DNA of 64,000 nucleotides from Octopus bimaculoides (Eukaryota). The DNA lies in NCBI RefSeq assembly GCF_001194135.2, contig NC_068981.1:11042453-11106452 (forward strand). Reading direction: 5' to 3'. Under the pieces are notes generated by a model. That model was not told the DNA's origin, made no database searches, and saw only the letters and a list, made by a program, of their open reading frames with translations. Positions within the stretch are counted from its first letter, which is position 1; each line of letters opens with the position of its first letter. The position numbers and the translations under genes are program-made. This document shows, piece by piece, positions 41,549 through 52,950 of the stretch.

Positions 41549-41912
41549 AAGCAATGTTAAATCTCTGAACGAGGTATTAACAGTAACTGCACGATAAAGT
41601 GAAGTATATTTGCCACTTAAATGTGGCTGACCCCGAGGGGTGGATGTTACTGTTGCTTTTAGCCCCAGGAGAACATCTCCTCCAGCTGGCTATCGACACA
41701 CTTGTGTCCTGTCTGTATTTGCCAAGGGAAGTTATCCTTCTCATCTTGATCTACGATACGTACGTACTCGAGTTTCAGGGTTATTTCCCTTCTTCAGCGT
41801 ACGACAATCGCCGACCTTCGATGGCAAATATATATAAGTTTTTCCAGTGAAATTATTCACTGATATCGAAAAACTGAAAACAAGCAATGTTAAATCTCTG
41901 AACGAGGTATTA
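41549..41912 (-). mobile_element. 333-bp hammerhead-containing tandem monomer (retrozyme-like)
   Basis: GCAATGTTAAATCTCTGAACGAGGTATTA occurs at 41551 and 41884 (period 333), enclosing one HHR; the second copy runs into a 647-nt gap. Confidence 0.65.
41759..41803 (-). ncRNA. Minimal type I hammerhead ribozyme, intact
   Basis: Minus strand reads CGUACG-CUGAAGA-AGGG(AAAUAA)CCCU-GAAA-CUCGAG-UA-CGUACG: 6-bp helix I, full core, 4-bp helix II, palindromic helix III ACUCGAGU, GUA cleavage triplet (cut between 41765 and 41764). Folded by eye. Confidence 0.85.
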
Positions 41913-42559
41913 NNNNNNNNNNNNNNNNNNNNNNNNNNNNNNNNNNNNNNNNNNNNNNNNNNNNNNNNNNNNNNNNNNNNNNNNNNNNNNNNNNNNNNNN
42001 NNNNNNNNNNNNNNNNNNNNNNNNNNNNNNNNNNNNNNNNNNNNNNNNNNNNNNNNNNNNNNNNNNNNNNNNNNNNNNNNNNNNNNNNNNNNNNNNNNNN
42101 NNNNNNNNNNNNNNNNNNNNNNNNNNNNNNNNNNNNNNNNNNNNNNNNNNNNNNNNNNNNNNNNNNNNNNNNNNNNNNNNNNNNNNNNNNNNNNNNNNNN
42201 NNNNNNNNNNNNNNNNNNNNNNNNNNNNNNNNNNNNNNNNNNNNNNNNNNNNNNNNNNNNNNNNNNNNNNNNNNNNNNNNNNNNNNNNNNNNNNNNNNNN
42301 NNNNNNNNNNNNNNNNNNNNNNNNNNNNNNNNNNNNNNNNNNNNNNNNNNNNNNNNNNNNNNNNNNNNNNNNNNNNNNNNNNNNNNNNNNNNNNNNNNNN
42401 NNNNNNNNNNNNNNNNNNNNNNNNNNNNNNNNNNNNNNNNNNNNNNNNNNNNNNNNNNNNNNNNNNNNNNNNNNNNNNNNNNNNNNNNNNNNNNNNNNNN
42501 NNNNNNNNNNNNNNNNNNNNNNNNNNNNNNNNNNNNNNNNNNNNNNNNNNNNNNNNNNN

Positions 42560-42597
<38 letters not shown>

Positions 42598-44061
42598 AAA
42601 GCTCGCTCTTCCACTGTCGTATTCCTTTTTGTAAAATTCATTGTTTGTATTACTGCACTTTGTTTGCCCAGACTGTTCAAGATATCTCTTCACTTTGTTG
42701 TCATTCATGGCTGCTCTGCCGGGGTCTCGAAACCTATTCTGGAAGTATTTTTTGTACATTGTTTTGTAATCTGTTCAAAAATTTCCTACTATTAGAGTTG
42801 TCACTTCAGTATCTTGAACAAGGTTATTACTTCTGTCAAAATCAAGTATCTCTAAGTGGGAATCAAATATCGTCGGAGACATGTCTTTCCGAGCAGATTA
42901 GATTGTGAAATACATCCCATGTGATACACTTACAAAAATCAATCATTCTAGGCAGCTTCTATAATGAATAATTCACTTTCACCAAAAATCGAAATATATA
43001 AAGATATTTTAGGCAGAGAAATCATATTACAAGAGTTATCTTAACGTCTCTGTTTATAATTAGATTGAAATGTAAAATTAGCTAAAGCAATTACAATTCC
43101 GCTTCTTTTCGCCAACCTTTTGGTATTAATTTTGTAATTCCCCTTGCAGTATTTCAAAATTAGCTTGTTGATTAGCTCTTGTCATTTGTAAAAAAATAAA
43201 TCCTCAAGCATTTTTACTTTCATTTAAAATTAAATCTAGAACATTTTATATTAGTTTACAAAAAATAAATAGATAAATAAAAAAAACAAAAACAAAAACA
43301 AACTAAAACAAATTTCGTTCGATAAAGCAAAGAAACGAATAAACAAATAAAAGATGTTATTTTTGCCAGAAGGTAAGAATTTTGTAAAGTTTAAAATAAT
43401 AATAATAAGAAAACGTAAAATCAATAACTTCGAATACAATCAATGCTTTGCTCCCCTAAGGCACGAAAACATTCAATGTTTCAGATCTGACATGAGAACG
43501 GCAGAAGAAAAGAATAATATTAAGTAAAAGTTGTAATTATAGAGAGTTTATATTTAAGTGAAAATTTATTTTCTTTTAAAAGTTTACGAAGGAATGTGGG
43601 TTGATGATACGAAATAAATTTACGAAATAAATTTACCATCACTAATTAACTGTTTTATACTGAGCCCTGCTCTTATGAGATAACACGTTGCTTATTTTAA
43701 GAGTATATACTAAATGAAATATATATACTGAGATAATAATAATGAATACGAAAGTTGTGAAACTTTCTGCAAGATTTAATATAATTTCATTGATATTCTG
43801 ACTCGCTGCATCACTATTCACACACAAACATACAGATTTCACGCACACATGCGTAGTTATGTGTATAGCAACAAATCAATATCTTTATTTATTTATATAT
43901 ACACACACACAAACATATATACACACACGCTGTCTCAATCTCTTGATTCCAGGTACAATTCCGTTGAGTGACATCGTCGAATGAATACATACATACATAC
44001 ATACATACATACATACATACGTACATACATACATACATACATACATACATACATTCATACA

Positions 44062-44097
<36 letters not shown>

Positions 44098-44275
44098 TAT
44101 TATTAATAAATTATAGGGCAGCAAATAAAATTTTAGAAATTTTATTTACCACCAGTGGTCTAGAGAGAATAAAAATCAGTCAATAGACTATATATTATTC
44201 ATTTAAAATACAGAGATGCCTATAATAGGACATCTGACCCGCTAGAAAGAGCAGCAAAAAACATATACACCCCCC

Positions 44276-44323
<48 letters not shown>

Positions 44324-45361
44324 GAATATATGAGTACAGGACGTCCCCAACAGTAACATACAGAAAGTAACATAAAGAACGACCTTTCATCAGTTGTCGG
44401 CTGTCTGTTTACTCCTCATCTCGAGCATTGAACTGTGACGCAGTAGTTTATAGTATACAATGCCACGTATACACAGTTATAAACACAACCATACATATTT
44501 ACTGCTGGATGCATTGCCTTACCATTTCTACACCTGCAAACATGAATTTATAATGCTTAAACAATGAAATTTTGAAATGTTTCCTTTGAAGGTGTGGAAA
44601 CATCAGAGAGCTGCCTAATATTAATGTTAATACTGATGTCTTGTCAGAATGTATAAGCCATTCGAGGTAAATGTATTCGTATAATTAATGTTCTTAGCTG
44701 TGACATCTAGTATATTTAAGCTTTCAAGAATGTCGATTGATTTTCTCAAGTTAAGTGTGTTTCACTTTGAAGGTAAAAGCCAGCGCAGTTTTCGTACAGC
44801 AGTAGAAACATATTGAAACAACTACAGTAATACGATTCCAGTTTTATGAATCATAGACACACAGATATATACGCATATGTATAGTAATGTTTCTTGTTAC
44901 ATCAAGTTAAAAATNNNNNNNNNNATATATATATATATATATACATGTATGTGTGTGTGCATAATATAACAGAGATGCTTGCAGAAGAATAAACTTATAT
45001 CAAATCCCATATCTGTATGGGAAGTATAATGAGAGATAAGATCTCAGCAATTAGAGTCCACAATTCATGTTAGAGTCTTATCAATAAAACTCAGGATGAG
45101 TGGTTCTGAACTGGTGGTCATATGTCCTTTCGGTGGCCATATAAAATCCATGTGCAAAAGATTAGCTATATTTCTACAATGCACAAAATATTCAACATTT
45201 TTCTTACATTATTCTTAAAAATATTTAATCATAAAGATATAATAGGAGCTTTTAGCTATCTAATTAATATGATTTTCCCCACCCTTGAATAAAATAAGAA
45301 TCAAAGCGGTCCATGGGGAAAATGGTTGAGAACCACTGCTCTAAATAAATGTTATAAAGGT

Positions 45362-45640
45362 CCCACGGGCATATGGCGTAGTGGTTAAGAGCGCGGGCTA
45401 CTAACCTCAAGATTCCGAGTTCGATTCCAGGTAGTGACCTGAATAATAATAATAATGATGATAATAATAATGATAATAATAATAATAATAATAACATCGA
45501 AAAATACCTTAGGAATGATAACCCAGGTTCGAAATTTCCCCAAGACTCCTGATGAAGGCTGGAGGGTATATCAGCCGAAACGTTGTGTTAGCAGACAAGA
45601 TGAGGACAAATATCCTCCAATTGTAAATCATGTAAATAAT
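45362..45640 (+). mobile_element. tRNA-headed, (AAT)n-containing, HHR-bearing SINE/Penelope-derived element
   Basis: A box TGGCGTAGTGG 45374-45384, B box GAGTTCGATTCC 45417-45428, (AAT)n 45443-45494, HHR 45544-45589; related copies at 37.0, 37.8, 58.8 and 60.0 kb. Confidence 0.75.
45544..45589 (+). ncRNA. Minimal type I hammerhead in tRNA-headed element
   Basis: GACUC-CUGAUGA-A-GGCUG(GAGGGUAUAU)CAGCC-GAAA-CG-UU-GUGUU: loopless ACGU helix III, GUU triplet, one mismatch in helix I. Confidence 0.6.
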
Positions 45641-46666
45641 GTTCTAGTTAACTGTTCTACTGAAATAAAATGCATATACACAGAAGTTTGAATTCCATAA
45701 GCGCACTTATGGACTTTAAACTTCTCGCTGCTATTTCATATTCCCTAACTTTATATGAAAAATGTCTGCAAACACTTTTTCCAACGTCATAAATGTCGGT
45801 TCCTTAGATTCAAGTAAAAGAGAACGTTTAAGTGTAATAATATATTTGTATATATTTTGGTGATGATACTTCAAGGGAAATTTCACTGTCTTATTTCACA
45901 GTTAATAAAGGAATCTACGGTATATTTTGAGAAGAGACGGGAAGGTGTGTGCTTACTTTGCAGATTTTAAATATCAAACACAGAGTAGACCTTGGAGCGA
46001 GAGGGGAAGTCACTAAATTACTGAAAAGGTCGCAAACAGCGTCGAAAGAACTTTGACTAACAAATAACCGACTGATTGCTTAATCTACACATTAAACAAA
46101 TAATCGTTTCGTTAGTTATATATGTAAACATTGACTAACAATTAAGAAGTGGAATTGAACCTGTGCGTGTGTTATCAATATTGGCGTAATGACTCTCCCA
46201 AGACACAACAGCATATAAAATCCTTATAGGTAATTATTTTCCGATTATCTTTTTTCTCAGCTTACTGGATGTATCTACGCGTATATCCGACTTCTAGCGC
46301 GTGGTTTCCATTTTACATTCGTTCATGATCAAGCGGTCAGGGTGATAGTCCAATAGAGTAGATGTCTTGTCTCACATTTGGGGGAAAGGAGTTATCGTGA
46401 GCTGGGTCTCAAAGATCTCGATTCCTATACACAAAGGTAGAATATGAAATCCGAGGGACGGAAGAGACACCAGAAGGCATTCAATCCATTATTCTAGCGA
46501 TTCAAAACCAATTCATCGCCTGTTCACAGCTGCTTCTTTCTTCCTTCTTTTCTTTTTGTTTGTTTGTTTGTTTGTTTGTTTGTTTGGTTGTTTGTTTGTT
46601 TGTTTGTTTGTTTGTTTGTTTGTTTCTTTCTTTCTTTCTCTCTTTCTTTCTGTGTCCTTATGTGAC

Positions 46667-47136
46667 ACAGAACGCTTGTGTCACATAGCCAAGTGGAAAC
46701 GGTATTTCTTGGGGCTAAATAACAGTAGGATTCTTCCATTTCCCGGGACTACTACAATAAGTTGGCAACAAACCATCACTTTATCGTTCTGCTATTTTAT
46801 AAGTCTCTCTGAGAGATTTAGAAATGCAATATTTCTAATTTTGTAGATCAGTGAATTTATTTCACTTGAAACTCTATATGTTTTCAAAGGTGAATAAGCA
46901 TCGACAGCTAGCAAGTCAAACTACTCCAGACTGATGAAGAGCAATGATTCTGAAACTAGTCTTTGGATGTTGGCTTTGCTGGGTGGAGGTGCTTATCTTC
47001 CTTGTTTGAAAACATAAAGATACAGAACACTTGTGTCACATAGCCAACTGGAAACGGCGTTTCCTGGGGCTAAATAGCAGTAGCATCCTTCCCTTTCCTG
47101 GGATTGCCACATTAAGTTGGCAACAAACCATCACTG
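46667..47136 (+). mobile_element. 355-bp hammerhead-containing tandem monomer, about 1.3 copies (retrozyme-like)
   Basis: Diverged direct repeat ACAGAAC..TGTGTCACATAGCC..TTGGCAACAAACCATCACT at 46667 and 47022 (period 355), with one HHR between; ends in (TA)n and a gap. Confidence 0.65.
46925..46967 (+). ncRNA. Minimal type I hammerhead ribozyme, intact
   Basis: UCCAGA-CUGAUGA-AGAG(CAAUGA)UUCU-GAAA-CUAG-UC-UUUGGA: 6-bp helix I with one GU pair, full core, 4-bp helix II, palindromic helix III ACUAGU, GUC triplet (cut after 46961). Confidence 0.8.
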
Positions 47137-47289
47137 TATATATATATATNNNNNNNNNNNNNNNNNNNNNNNNNNNNNNNNNNNNNNNNNNNNNNNNNNN
47201 NNNNNNNNNNNNNNNNNNNNNNNNNNNNNNNNNNNNNNNNNNNNNNNNNNNNNNNNNNNNNNNNNNNNNNNNNNNNNNNNNNNNNNNNN

Positions 47290-47321
<32 letters not shown>

Positions 47322-47599
47322 ATTAATTTACAAAGGTACCGTTAATTCTATTATTATCCAATGTCACTAATTTAAGAATGATAATAACAGAATCAACGAT
47401 AAAGGCGACTGCAGGCCAAAAATGGCATTTAAAAAGCCGAAGGATTATAATTAATCAAAGGACATACCTAAGTATGTCTACCTGCTTGAAATGACAGTCA
47501 AAACTCGTTATTAAGTCGCCAAAAATACACTGGTAATTACTACAGAAATCAAACGAAGGCAAAATTGGTTAAGACAATCTACTTACATACATGTGGATT

Positions 47600-47654
47600 T
47601 ACGTGGACTAGTTTCTGCATTGACATTAATATGCCTTAGCTTCTTCAGCACGCA
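47600..47654 (-). ncRNA. Type I hammerhead-like motif with atypical helix II
   Basis: Minus strand UGCGUG-CUGAAGA-AGCUAAG-GCAU(AUUAAUGUCA)AUGC-A-GAAA-CUAG-UC-CACGUA. Helix I, core and ACUAGU palindrome are intact, but there are extra nucleotides before helix II. Confidence 0.6.
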
Positions 47655-47885
47655 TCACCATAACAGAGATCGTTAACCTGTCCTGTTATAATCATTCTTA
47701 AATTAATGACATTGAATAATAATAGAAGTAACGGTACCTTTGTTTATTAATTTTATATTATAATCTCGTAAAATTCGGCAACGAGATTATGTTACACTAG
47801 AAAGCTGCTCCGATTTCGGCGCGAAACGAATCAGTAGTGGCACAGATTTCGTGAAGGACTGGTTAACGATCACTATTTATGGTGA

Positions 47886-47940
47886 TGCGTGCTAAAGAAC
47901 CTAAGGCATATTAATGTCAATGCAGAAACTAGTCCACGGA
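47886..47940 (+). ncRNA. Mutated copy of the 47600-47654 hammerhead
   Basis: Inverted-repeat partner of that motif; the core reads CUAAAGA instead of CUGAAGA. Confidence 0.45.
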
Positions 47941-49799
47941 ATTCCGCATGTATGTAAGTTGACTGCCTTAACCAATTTTGCCTTCGTTTGATTTCTGTAG
48001 TAATTACCAGTGTATATTTGGCGATGTAACAACGAGCTTTGACTGTTATTTCAAGCAGGTAGACATACTTAAGTATGTCCTTTTATTAATTATATATATA
48101 GATAGATAGATAGATATAGATATATATGCAGAGAGAAAGAGAGAATGGGAAAGAGAAAGAGAGAGACGGAAAAAGAAAGAGAGAGAGAGAAAGAGTGATA
48201 TATATATATATATATATATANNNNNNNNNNNNNNNNNNNNNNNNNNNNNNNNNNNNNNNNNNNNNNNNNNNNNNNNNNNNNNNNNNNNNNNNNNNNNNNN
48301 NNNNNNNNNNNNNNNNNNNNNNNNNNNNNNNNNNNNNNNNNNNNNNNNNNNNNNNNNNNNNNNNNNNNNNNNNNNNNNNNNNNNNNNNNNNNNNNNNNNN
48401 NNNNNNNNNNNNNNNNNNNNNNNNNNNNNNNNNNNNNNNNNNNNNNNNNNNNNNNNNNNNNNNNNNNNNNNNNNNNNNNNNNNNNNNNNNNNNNNNNNNN
48501 NNNNNNNNNNNNNNNNNNNNNNNNNNNNNNNNNNNNNNNNNNNNNNNNNNNNNNNNNNNNNNNNNNNNNNNNNNNNNNNNNNNNNNNNNNNNNNNNNNNN
48601 NNNNNNNNNNNNNNNNNNNNNNNNNNNNNNNNNNNNNNNNNNNNNNNNNNNNNNNNNNNNNNNNNNNNNNNNNNNNNNNNNNNNNNNNNNNNNNNNNNNN
48701 NNNNNNNNNNNNNNNNNNNNNNNNNNNNNNNNNNNNNNNNNNNNNNNNNNNNNNNNNNNNNNNNNNNNNNNNNNNNNNNNNNNNNNNNNNNNNNNNNNNN
48801 NNNNNNNNNNNNNNNNNNNNNNNNNNNNNNNNNNNNNNNNNNNNNNNNNNNNNNNNNNNNNNNNNNNNNNNNNNNNNNNNNNNNNNNNNNNNNNNNNNNN
48901 NNNNNNNTATATATATATATATATATGTAAAGAAACATAGAAACCAGCAATACAGACGTAAACATTCAGTAAAATGTATTTCAGTTTAATTACTCGTAAG
49001 AAAAAAATAATTTATCATCATGTTAATAAAACTATTGCGAAAAACATTTTATGAAATCATTATTGAACAAATGTTCTCCAATTTTCTTCTCAAACTGGAA
49101 TAATTTGCTGTTGAGCAGAGTAAATATTGTTGTCAATTATTAAAGAGGTATCTGATATTTAATGATACCTTATATGTCGAGTCATCGTTCGTAGAGTACA
49201 ACTGAACAACAATATGTTTTTTTCTTATCATAGGCTTGTCATACAGAGTAAACAGAGTTTGATAGTGGATCAATTAAAATTTCTTAATTTGTCAGAAATA
49301 TCTGCATTAATGAAAACGAGTTGAAACGGTTAAACAAAGTTTGTAAAGAATTTTGTTTCAGTAGCGTTTTATAAAAGGCGGCAAGATGGCGGAAACGTTA
49401 GCACGTAAGACAATATATTTAGCCGCATTTCTTATGGCTCTTTACGTTCTGAGTTCATCTCTCACTTGTCATCACCTCGGGGTCGATAAAGTAAAAGATA
49501 AATCCAGTACTTCGGCCCAGAAAATGGGCATCTCCCACCCTCGAGGGAACTTTCAGAGGACTGTTGTCATCTCTGGTCCTCATACGTCATGAAAGCCGGG
49601 TAACAAACCTTGACTCCTCGGGAGTCAAAATAAAATGTTTGAAATACAGCAAATACCCTTCAGTTTGCTTTGAATTTCGTCAACGAAGTTTTAATTTCAA
49701 TATAGTTATAACGAATTATACATACAGACACAGACACATAGACACGCACGCACACACGTACACACACATACTCACATACACACACATGCAATATATATA

Positions 49800-51310
49800 C
49801 TCTAAAACAAAACTAAGACCTATAATAGCAGGTCCGGCATGCGAAACCCACTGCCTCAGTAAATTTTGGACATCCTCTTAAAACCATTCCTCAAGCATAT
49901 CAAAAGCTACACAAGGGACGACCTAGATATGCTCTATCACCTCCCTAAAACAATAAACAAAATTCACCCTACTAATATCCATCGATGTAATCAACCTCTA
50001 TTCCAATATCCCCCACAATCTAGGAATAGAGGCAATTCAATTCTGGCTAGAGAATTACTCCAATGTACTCCCTCATCGCATCAAAAAAGAATTCGTAATA
50101 GAAGGGCTAAAATTCCTCTTGGAGAATAACTACTTTGGTTTCGAAGACAACTTCTATCGACAAAAATCAGGGACTGCGATGTGTACGAAAATGGCCCCCC
50201 CCACTCCTTTGCTAACCTAGTCATGTGATAACTAGAAATCAATCATTATCGTAAGGTATTAGATAAATACGGCAGATCATTCTTCCTCTCCAAAGGAAGT
50301 AACTGGAAGACTTTCATTCTTTCGCATGAAAATTTGGATGGCTGTTTCATTCTTTGGCATGAAAATGTAGAGAGACTTCAAGAATTTCAAGCACTTATAA
50401 ATGGACTTGAAATGAAGATTTAATTTAGGAGGGAATATAGCTATCAACAACTTCCATTCTTCGACATCCTCCTTAAGAAATCCAATAACAAAATAAAAAC
50501 TGATATATACTATAACTGGTCAACTTATGTCACCCCAGATACATTAGAATGAATATCCCCTTCAACCTAGCAAAAAGGATTTGTACTATAGTTTCCAATA
50601 CAAGCACCAAGGACACGTGACTATATGAACTAAAGGATACACTCATTACCAGGAACTATTCACCATCACTAATTGACATATGCTTTCAACGTGCCCTTCA
50701 ACTCAACATCTACGAACTGAGACATCCCAAACTAAAGAAGCATTTACAACCAGAAGCCTTACCATACATCTCCATACAAAAGCCCCATAACAATGAAGCC
50801 TTCGATACCATCCCCAAGAACATTCCCCTACTAAAAAGGGACCACAGAATGAATTTAATCCTCCAAACTCACACCATCATGCGAAAAGTCTCTTAAAACA
50901 AGTCCAAGTACACTCGACAACAACACTGAAGCCGTTAGTAAAAAAATGCGGAAGACCTAACTGTGGGATATGCGTCAATTTAATCTAGGGATCAGAGTTC
51001 TCCTTCAATCAAGGATAACGTTTCACAGTGAAAAGCAACTTCATATGTGCTTCGGAGAACCTGATATACGCACTAACCTGCTCAGGGTGTCGAGTGCAAT
51101 ACATAGGCCAAACCCAAAACAGCCTATGTCAAAGGATGGCTCTACATAGATCCCAGATCAAAATTCGAGAATACATAAAAATAGCATTCAGTGAACACAT
51201 CGACATTTGCGCGACTATCGAACAACCCAGCTTCAGAAGTTTTCCCCTGTATAAATTCAGGGGCGATATAATATATGACACTACAACCAGGGCCTTAGCA
51301 TAATACCCAC
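49800..51310 (+). mobile_element. Penelope-like element, decayed RT plus GIY-YIG endonuclease
   Basis: LRPIIAGPACET, SIDVINLYSNIPH, GTAM..KMAP, then IYALTCSGC..QYIGQT..L.QRM..H; many frameshifts and stops. Confidence 0.9.
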
Positions 51311-52399
51311 GCAAATATTAGAAACGATATATTCAGACAGTCGCTACCCATGAATTTATTCAGAACAATTCCAATCACTGCTATTACTACAACAAGTTAC
51401 TTTTAGATCACTTGACCATTCAAGAGTATTCCACCAACATCCTACCACTGTCATACCACTCGCGTATTTTTATTATTCTTTCTTCTTCTTCTTCTTCTTC
51501 TTCTTCTTCTTCTTCTTCTTCTTCTTCTTCTTCTTCTTCTNNNNNNNNNNNNNNNNNNNNNNNCTCCTCCTCCTCCTCCTCCTCCCCCCTCTATCTTCTT
51601 CCTTCTTCTCCTCCTCTTTCTTCGGCTACTATTGCTACTTAAACAATCAAAACCAAGAATTCATATAAAATATTCTTTTAGGACTGCTACTACCTACTAC
51701 CAGCTACCAAGCCTTCACAAGAAGTAAAAAAAAAAGACAGACAGACAGACAGAAAACAAGAAAACGTCCCTTGTATTTGAAAACAATGGATATATTAAAA
51801 AAAAAAAGATTTAGTTTTTCCACAATTTAATTGTTTTTCATGCTTTACTCTAAGTTGAAAAAGTCGCAAAGACTGGAACCGGTACTAAAATGTTCTTCAC
51901 GATAAAATTATTTTAGCATTTCCTACTTTGTCTTATTTTCCTCATATATATATATACATGTATGTAAATGAGATCCCTCCTCTCCCTAGCCAGGATCTTT
52001 TAGGCCTCACACGTGGTATTATCTCGCATACCATGGCAATTGAACTGGTTGTAACAATAGAACACCACACTATGAAATAATCTGCTGTCAACTGTACACC
52101 TTGGCATCGATTAAAACTGGCATCGATTTTAGAAATAAATTTCGTATAAGTTTTCTATTGATCCCTAAAATTTCAGTATCGGATTCCTGTGAACTCCAGG
52201 CATGAAATTAATTTACTTGGTACTACTTATGCAACAGTTAAAATATAGGTCTACAACTTGGAGTTGGCATTCGACGCAAGTTTACGTCGCAGTGAATTAA
52301 TTTCTACGATTATAGATTTGTTATGTATTCTTCGTTGGCAAATGTTATATAGAAATAGTCTTACTGACCTCTACATGTCTTTGAGATTTAACAGATGAA

Positions 52400-52950
52400 T
52401 GTTAGCCATTTTCAATTCCAATTTTCTCCTTTTGACATTATCCTTGACGGCCAGCCAAACACAAAAGCTTCAATTATCATTTTAAATATGCTTCGAAGAA
52501 TCCTGTTTGCGCTCCAGGTGGTTTCCTGTGTTATTTTATGTATGCCTCACTACACTCTGATAACGACTACCACGATTTTGGTCTACAGCCAAACGCCTTT
52601 GTCTCATCATTGAGAACATTTTTCTTTTCGTTTCTTCATTGATCCAGATACGTCGATCCTATATGCTTTTCATTGTAACAAAAATATTCCCGTATAACAT
52701 TTTACTCGTCTGGATAACCTTTTTATTCAGCTTTTCAAGTTAACACGCACACTTGTTTAGATTTCTAAAGAAGGTGTATTTAGTCATACAAGTTTCTTAT
52801 GTAAATAAAGCCACCCTGTGTTGTATAAAAAATGTCAACTATTTGCTGTTTCCAAATCAGGCAACGCTCATTTGGAAACTTGTCTCTGACGTCATGAAGC
52901 TCACATGTTACAATTCTCTTGTTGTTTATGTCAGTGTTAACAGGTTTTCT
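52400..52950 (-). mobile_element. Highly decayed LINE remnant
   Basis: Minus strand WINEETKRKM..RQRRLA..RY.SV.R resembles the linker between LINE endonuclease and RT; many stops. Confidence 0.35.

Larger units (their letters stand above)
47321..48092. repeat. Interleaved inverted repeats A-B-A'-B' from an about 305-bp HHR-containing unit
   Basis: A 47321-47390 is the inverse of 47683-47752; B 47448-47684 is the inverse of 47855-48092 (about 237-bp arms). Confidence 0.8.

Noticed and set aside
45320-45340. hAT/Charlie-type end (GGTTGAGAACCACTG)
   Set aside because: Only one terminus was found, with no partner TIR or TSD, so no element could be delimited.
45366-45440. tRNA gene call for the tRNA-like heads (also 36462, 37770, 14860)
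   Set aside because: A and B boxes are present, but the acceptor stem does not pair and each continues into a repeat body; these are SINE heads.
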